Position numbers and translations under genes: made by a program
Shown: in pieces, positions 55,449 to 64,000 of the stretch
Layout: each line of letters begins with the position of its first letter
Numbering within the stretch: position 1 is the first letter of the stretch
Assembly: GCA_951406725.2 (NCBI GenBank)
Contig: OX597825.1
Span: 16,740,001-16,804,000 of the forward strand
Length of the DNA stretch: 64,000 nucleotides
Origin: Octopus vulgaris
Taxonomy: Eukaryota
Direction of reading: 5' to 3'
The notes under the pieces: model-generated
The model's input: the letters and a program-made list of their open reading frames with translations, nothing else
What the model was told of the DNA's origin: nothing
Databases searched by the model: none

Positions 55449-55560
55449 GTATCAGAAATAATTGAGGTTCAGTTGAATTACGTCCTTAAGTTGAAGCACT
55501 AAGTCAGTTCGGTATTATCGGCACAGTTCGAAGTAAGGTGAAATCTAAACAAGCAGCAGA

Positions 55561-55874
55561 CAGCAGGATATCAAGTAGTGATTCAGTACGACCGTTTCAC
55601 GCGGCTCTGTTTAAATGAACAATGCAATCATTACATTTCAGTCATTACATCAATTTAAATGTAGTGTCATCTTCAGCTGCACAAATAAATAAATGGAATT
55701 TTAACAAATAGGACACATTAGAAAAATTATATTAATGTGTCCTACTTGTTAAAATTCCATTTCTTTGTGCAGCTAAAGATGGCACCACATTTAAATTGAT
55801 GTAATGACTGCGTTGTTGGATGAAATAGAGTCGCTTTAAACGGCCGTACTGCATCATTACTTGATATCCTGTTG
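55561..55874. repeat. ~150 bp imperfect inverted repeat (hairpin) between (TA)n tracts
   Basis: Arms 55561-55720 and 55733-55874 with a 12 bp loop, e.g. GGAATTTTAACAAATAGGACACATTA / TAATGTGTCCTACTTGTTAAAATTCC. Confidence 0.85.
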
Positions 55875-55881
55875 CTTATTT

Positions 55882-55920
<39 letters not shown>

Positions 55921-55977
55921 TACAATTCATTTAATCAGTAGATTTCTCAACACTGGAACACTACATAAAAATATACG

Positions 55978-56032
<55 letters not shown>

Positions 56033-56243
56033 TATGTCTGTGTTTGGAATCAATGAGAAAACTATTATAGTCAATATTGCATTCAAATTTTGGTATAAAA
56101 TCAGCAATTTAGGGGAAGGAATAAGACCCGAAGGCTCGACTAGCTCTTCTATTTTTCAATCGGGCGAAAATGTATGAAAGGTATAGTCGACATCGGCAGA
56201 TTTTCAACTCAGAACGTAACCTCTGTTTGCCTTTCTTCTCTTT

Positions 56244-56277
<34 letters not shown>

Positions 56278-56283
<6 letters not shown>

Positions 56284-56485
56284 AATCCAAACAAGAAAAC
56301 ACAAAAAAAACACAGCAACGTGAGGACGTGGAACAAATAAAGTATTATTGGACGCTCAGGAAAGAAGGGAAGAATGAGGGTTTAACGTTCCGAGCGGAGC
56401 TCTTCGTCGGAAACAAAGGAGAAGGAAGGATCCCGAGAAGGGAAGACAGAGGGAAAAAAATTGCTGGCGGTGCTCACGAGGTCAT
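56278..56485 (-). mobile_element. Short PLE-terminal fragment with a mutated hammerhead (56380-56414)
   Basis: Homologous to 19647-19848; GTTT-CCGACGA-A-GAGC tcc GCTC-GGAA-CG-TT-AAAC; (TA)n on both sides. Confidence 0.7.
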
Positions 56486-58115
56486 ATATATATATATGTG
56501 TATATGTATATATGCATATATTCAAATTTTGGTATAAAATCAGCAATTTCGTAACGTTGTGTCTTGAGTTTGACTTTTGTAATCTGTATTTCGGTAGATT
56601 TCGCCAGTATAGTCCCAGCCATTTCTAACGTAAAAGCGCCACCTAGTGAACTCTTTTACACCGTGATTTATAGTTCAGGCATATATGGGATACCATGGCC
56701 TACACTAACAAAGAGGTGTTATTGTTGTAGAAATATCCGGAATTAGAAGGTTGGTCCGTGATTTTTTGGACAAATTTGTCCAGAAAACTTTCGAATTTTA
56801 TGGGATGCTTTCGCTTGGTTTATTTTGGTTTAATATTAAAGAGATTTGGACTGGTTGAGATAAAATAGATGTGTCGTAACGTTGTGTCTTGAGTTCGAAC
56901 TCACTTTGTAGTAACTGAAGGAAGATCTTAAATTATATTCAGTAGTGTAGATACACTGTCACAACTGGTATATATGTAATGTTTAAATGTATATATGTAA
57001 TGTTTGAAATGTATAAAATTATGTACTGTCATATTGCAGCGATTTTCTCAATATAAGTATGTAGATCTCAATAACGAGTGAAAAATCTAAAGATAATACA
57101 TAAAATATCCTCAGTATGTCATTCCAACTCACTTTAGAAGATAAAAGTAACTGAAGGAAGATCTAAATTATATTCAGTAGTGTAGATACACTGTACAATG
57201 TATATATGTAATGTTTGAAATGTATATTATGTATGTCATATGGTGTAATATAAGTATGTAGATCTCAATCGAGAAAAACTGTAATACATTTTATATGTGA
57301 ACCCACTTATTTTAATCATGGCATATATATGCAGATACCAAATATTGAATAAAATATGTATATTGCAATATATGTTTTTGTCACTATAATCAAATCATAA
57401 AGAAAGCATGCTATGATTATATCTATATTGCATACGAATGGAATGCATACTACATGAATATTTACATGAATACATGGTACCTGAATATTTACAAACAATA
57501 TTGTTTCGAGAAAAGAATCTCTGATCTGAAATTCACCTGGTAATATATGATGTACTTTGACAATCCAACAGGACTTACTTAAGTAAACTTTATAAATTAC
57601 ATGCACAAAACAGGCTTTTAAAGAAGTTCATTATATGCATTTGGTTTGCGAAATAAAATACTGGTGGACAGTTACGCCGATTTTTGACTACTCCTCATAG
57701 AAGGCATGCACGATTTGCTTCTATAACGAATTGTATAGAATATGCAGTTGCTCTATAAAGCACTCATTAATGTGGTTATAACCACGGGAAATAGCTAGAT
57801 ATGAAAATTTCTGCTTTTAAAAGCGCCTCATTAATGCAAAAGGCGGCGGGAAAAATTCAGGAAAGATTTTAAAGATACTTCGATTCCAATAATTATATTT
57901 TTGACAGCCAATTAAAATCTCATAACTAATTAACAGCTTATACGTTTCATAACACAAAAGAGCTTATACATTTCATAACACAAAACAACCAAAATCCTAT
58001 GTACTAAAATATACAGACTTATTAGAAAACTTAATGAAGGAAGAAATATCTCTAAACATATTGTTTGTGTTCCTTTATAATTGTAAGTAAATCTATCTAT
58101 CTAACTATCTATCTG

Positions 58116-58205
<90 letters not shown>

Positions 58206-58387
58206 AACCTACCTGCATACATACATAATACATGCAAGCATATATGCATACATACATATATGCATACATACATATATGCATACATACATATATGCATATA
58301 TACATATCTGCATATATACATACTTATATACAAAGATACGCACACTCATACACATACACACAGACACAGACACAGACACACACAAAC

Positions 58388-58423
<36 letters not shown>

Positions 58424-59205
58424 GGGGAGGGGGACAAGTAACATGTTTTCTAGCCAGCAGATCTTTTGATGCAATAAGTAATCAAGCTACCTGACCCCTC
58501 AAATCTAACCCTTATACATAATAAGCGTATTCTATATTGGTCATTTCCATATGATAAAGGTAAATATTCTTGCCCGTTCTGTAACGAAGAACTCTATCTC
58601 ATCCTGTTCTCAGAGAATTCACTTCGCGAAACTCACAGTGGATTTAATTGTGTGGTATCCGAAATTTCTATTTCAGCTAAGTTCAGTCTTCCTTCAGACT
58701 TCAATTAAAGAATATAGATAACTTCGAGATCAGGTTGAGTGTTGCACTGGTAATACGCCGACTTCAAGCCTTTCAAGATAAGAACATATATATATATATA
58801 ATTGTGAAATATTTTAGGTGTTACGTTTATAATTAAGCACGTATTACGCTATGATATAAAAATACAATTAAAAATTATTATGGGCGTGACATTCCCTTGA
58901 ATTTTCGTTGTGAAATTTGACATACGAATGAATACAAGGACACGCGCACATACGTACACACACACACACGCAAACTCTCACATATATATGTACACATATA
59001 CATATACACTCGCCTGCAGGACTATACTCAGGGATAAGGTCATGTGTATGCTTCCACATTGTGGTACGTATGTATTATATTTTATTATATTTTAATGCAA
59101 CTATGCAAGTCACATACACACATTTAAACATAATCATATGATTCATACTTATACTTTTATACATATAAACAAATTTGCCATGGTTTTATATCTGACATCA
59201 TACTG

Positions 59206-59257
<52 letters not shown>

Positions 59258-59537
59258 TACATATATATATACATATTACATATATATATTACATATATAT
59301 AAACACACACATATATATATGCATTATATATATATATCTTACATATATTTGTATATATATATATTATATATTATATATATAATACACATATATACATATA
59401 CGTATTATATATATCATATATACATATATATGCACATACATTCATGTATGTATGCATATACATGCATGTATATGCATATACATACACATATATTTATATA
59501 TAGATGTATATATATATGCATGTATATAAATATATAC

Positions 59538-59570
<33 letters not shown>

Positions 59571-59639
59571 TATATGTACATACATATAGTCATGTATATA
59601 TTAACATATATACATACACATATATACATATATATTTGC

Positions 59640-59697
<58 letters not shown>

Positions 59698-60190
59698 GTA
59701 TGTATATCTTATTTTTATTTCATCAGTCATTCTCACCCTGTTCCCCTTTTACTGTTTTTATGTATTTATATATTTATTTTATTTATTCATTTATTTACTT
59801 CATTGTTTGCTGGTATCGTCTAAGGTCAAGCTTCACCAATTTATAAGAATGTCTTCGCCACTGAACCGAAACAATCTATAATGCCGGAACTTCTTGTTTA
59901 CTTTTTTTTTCTTTATGCTTATTTATTCTTTTTTGTTATTTTCTTAAAATTATTTAAGTTTGTTTCCTTATAGTTTCACGTTGACTTACAGTTTACACAA
60001 ACACACGTGCACACACATACACAATCACTTAGAAACATACACACACATTTATATATGCACACACACCTTCACTCAAATAAATGTGTAGACGCAAATACAC
60101 ACGTATCAACGTATTCAAAACGTACAAATATATACATACATATACTTACATATACATTTATATACACACATATCTAACATACATGTACAT

Positions 60191-60230
<40 letters not shown>

Positions 60231-60842
60231 GTATGCATTGATGTATGTATGTATGTATTCACATATTTGTGTGAATATATATAGATATATGTATATACAC
60301 ATATATGCATACACGCATATACACTCATACCTAACATACATCTACATACATCTCTCTGTCTCTATCTTGGACTCTGTCTCTGTCTGTCTGTCTCTATATA
60401 TGTATATATATATGTATGCATAAATGTATGTATGTATTCACCTATTTGTATACATATATATATATATATATACACAAATAGGTGAATTCATACATACATT
60501 TATGCATACATATATATACATATATAGAGGCAGACAGATGTATGCAGATGTATATATATATAGATGTATATACACATATATGCATACAAGCATATACATG
60601 CATATATATCTGAATATATACCTGCGTGTATGTGTGTATTTACATATATGTATGTAAATTTACACATACACATATATATGTATATATATCTTTATTCACC
60701 ATAACATTAACTGTCAAAGACAATCATATAAAAAGTACGTCATCATTAAGAGTTTTCATCCATTGCGTGCAATTAACCGTGCGAATCTTAAGACAGATAT
60801 TAATGTATAACCGTGTAGTAGCAGCAGCAGCAGTAGTAGTAT

Positions 60843-60881
<39 letters not shown>

Positions 60882-61469
60882 CCGTCCGTTTGATTTTAAT
60901 TTTATATTGGTTTTTTTTTTGTCCTTTTTGCTTCTTTCTTTCCAGCTTTGCAATTTTTTTTTGCGACTGATTTCTTTTTATAAGTTTAGATTGAGTAAGA
61001 AAGGAAGAAGGAAAAAATATATAATCTACCTAGCAATTCCGATCATTGTCTGAGTATTGGAATTTATGTTTTCGTATATGTGTATAACGCAAAAATATTT
61101 ATGTTTGTGGTTAACAGTGAAAGGGCAGTAATGATGGCGTCTACGTAAATTTGTATATATGTGTAAGAAGCGCATATTGTTTCCTGTATTATATGGTCTT
61201 GTACACCTAGATATACATTCAACACACAAATTTAGAGACTCATTTATAAAAACCTGTAAAAGTGTGTGTGTAGTTGTGTATTTATAATTTTTTGTGTCTG
61301 TATCTGTTGATGTGTCTATCTTACACAGATACGTTTTTTTTTTGGCATATATTTCTCAGCGCAAAGTAAGTCTCCAGTGTATCTATATGCGTGCCAGTTC
61401 GTGAATTCTTCAATGTTATTACAGCCATCCATAAATCAACTGATATTTTAGAGAAGTACATATATTACG

Positions 61470-61512
<43 letters not shown>

Positions 61513-61591
61513 TATATATATATATATGTAGGTCGAGAAATATTGTTAAAATTAACAAGCACACACACATGTATGAATGTATGTATGTATG

Positions 61592-61635
<44 letters not shown>

Positions 61636-61637
61636 GT

Positions 61638-61685
<48 letters not shown>

Positions 61686-61690
<5 letters not shown>

Positions 61691-61875
61691 AGAATTCACG
61701 AAAAACACAAGACCAAGACAGGTGTTGTAGAGAACAAACAGATGCATTCGTATAACGCTCGGCAATTGAAGAAGTCTTTTACGTTTGGAGCCTACGCTCC
61801 TCCACAGAAAGGAACACAGAAAGAAAGAAGGGGATAAAAGAACGTGTGTAGTGGCTATCGATCTATAATGGTGAT
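61686..61875 (-). mobile_element. Short PLE-terminal fragment with a degenerate hammerhead (61776-61811)
   Basis: CTTT-CTGTGGA-G-GAGC gtag GCTC-CAAA-CG-TA-AAAG; (TA)n on both sides; homologous to 42520-42675. Confidence 0.6.
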
Positions 61876-62395
61876 ATATATATATATGAGCTTTTGGGAA
61901 GGAAGAAAGAAGGCTATTTCCAATGCTTTAGGCTATGTACCATCTTGATTGATAGTCTTAAGTGACACCCCAAATCTTCAGGTGTAGAAAATTCAGATGT
62001 TGCAACAGTAAAGCCGTTGTGTAGAGACTTCAGGTTTTACACCGGCAAATCAGATGTGCACATCTAGAAGAGAGTAAAATATAATCCAATATAAGAAGAC
62101 AAAGAAGGCGTCCGTCACATCCTTAATACTCAGTTATAATTGTTTCTGAAGTAACTCTGTTTTCGATACCATTCCATGCAAGATTAGCTCCTGCGCCGAG
62201 GGTGCTTTTGAAGCAGGTTTGCATAAAACGCAAATATGATGTGACCTGGAACCTTAAGGTGAACTGGCTTTGAAATCAGAGTTAGTACAGAAACAACTGT
62301 AACTGGTCATTAAAGATATGACGGACTCTTCCACTCTGCTCTTTTTTGGCTTATACATACATACATATACACACACATATATATGTATATATATA

Positions 62396-62450
<55 letters not shown>

Positions 62451-62468
62451 ATATATATTTAAATTTGA

Positions 62469-62545
<77 letters not shown>

Positions 62546-63617
62546 GGTGCCCCAGCAAGGCCACAGCTCGTGAGCTGAAACTAGATAAAATAAATAAAAA
62601 TAAAATAAAAGTAAGCGTGTATATGTCTGTGTGTGTGTGTGTGTGCTTGTGTGTATGCGAAGTATTGTTGTGTATCACTGCGTTTTGGCGCTTTATCGAC
62701 AGCATGAACAGACCGCATTTCAAGACAAAATTCGTTGCCACTGTAATGTTGCGCACTACGAATTTTTATTCAACTGATCAACATGTTTTCTTTGTCAGTA
62801 GTGACGGATTTTTTGCTGGCATTTGTTTTCCTCGCGGGGCGCATGATGCTGATGAAGCTTCAAAAGGTAGAAATGCGCAGACAATACTATCCAACGAAAT
62901 TTCGTCTGGCATTCACATATCTTTGTTTTATTTAACACAGTACGTCGATAAGAAATATTATCCCTGAACGAATATCGCGGTTAACCTGACGTTTACGACG
63001 TATTTGCATTAAGTATGAAGTAGAGATCGTTATCTAAATCTAATAATCTAATATTGATTCCGCTGCACGCAACGAATTTAGACTTAAATGGGATATAATA
63101 CGGAAAGCTCAGCCTTAATGAGATAGTCGATGCGACTGTGAGCTGTACTCTATGGAAACCTGTGAGATAGGAACAAGAACAACCTGATTAATAATAGATT
63201 AAACCTAAGGGTATCAGGTATGCATAGCGACTCACACACACATTTAAGTATTTTCGAATCTAACGAGTAAAAGCGCCATACTTGGATTTTGATGGTGGAA
63301 ATTTATTCTGGTGTTGTATCCGTTGTAAACTTAACCTCTAGTATTAAATATAATAAAATCATGGGATATTATGTTATATGGTGAATTAAATTGCATTACA
63401 TATGCTATAAGCTATGTGCTATGGTATGTGGTATGCTATATATAATACTATCCCATAATAACCCCTGCCTATTTAGTCTGACTATTTTGGTGATTACACT
63501 ATTTTCCTTTCTTTGATGTTCTACCTTACTAGTCATATTATGTATATTTGTACTGGCTTTATGTAACTAAGTGTCCTTTCGACTAATTCATATACTCACT
63601 AGAAACTAAAAATCCAT

Positions 63618-64000
63618 GGTGGAAGCACTCCGTCGGTTACGACGATGAGGGTTCCGGTTGATCCGAATCAACGGAACAGCCTGCTCGTGAAATTAACGTG
63701 TAAGTGGCTGAGCACTCCACAGACACGTGCACCCTTAACGTAGTTCTCGGGGATATTCAGCGTGACACAGAGAGTGACAAGGCCGGCCCCTTCAAATACA
63801 GGTACAACAGAAACAGGAAGTAAGAGTGAGAGAAAGTTATGGTGAAAGAGTACAGCAGGGATCACCACCATCCCCTGCCGGACCCTCGTGGAGCTTTTAG
63901 GTGTTTTCGTTCAATAAACACTCACAACGCCCGATTTGGGAATCGAAACCACGATCCTATGACCGCGAGTCCGCTGCCCTAACCACTGGGCCATTGCGCC
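63618..64000 (-). mobile_element. SINE family C, well preserved (runs to the window edge)
   Basis: GGCGCAATGGCCCAGTGGTTAGGGCAGCGGACTCGCGGTC head through the CGTAACCGACGGAGTGCTTCC tail. Confidence 0.85.

Noticed and set aside
62845-62882. Hammerhead-like CTGATGA...GAAATGCGCA
   Set aside because: Stems I and II pair poorly and there is no PLE context.

Overview
AT-rich, microsatellite-saturated eukaryotic DNA with no recognisable host gene, probably intronic or intergenic. The SINE repertoire suggests an octopus (coleoid cephalopod) genome; this is an inference. Almost all ORFs in the track are microsatellite artefacts, and the real coding remnants are all transposon-derived. They comprise a near-intact Penelope-like element (PLE; RT + GIY-YIG, ~34.1-37.4 kb), a ~2.1 kb fold-back PLE palindrome (24.0-26.2 kb), a 5'-truncated PLE with a ~2.9 kb CA-rich 3' region (37.4-40.6 kb), a fossil PLE (10.3-12.6 kb), a Tx1/L1-type LINE in (TATC)n, CR1-like and RTE-like LINE fossils, a mariner, two MITEs and many tRNA-derived SINEs. 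Several PLE ends carry minimal hammerhead-ribozyme motifs, including U3-A8 core variants. The most striking observation is two ~200 bp islands inside the CA-rich PLE 3' region where A is depleted and G enriched (almost completely in the first). Reverting G to A restores sequence like the flanks, as expected if an ADAR hyper-edited (A-to-I) transcript was reverse-transcribed back into the genome. A sequencing artefact still has to be excluded.
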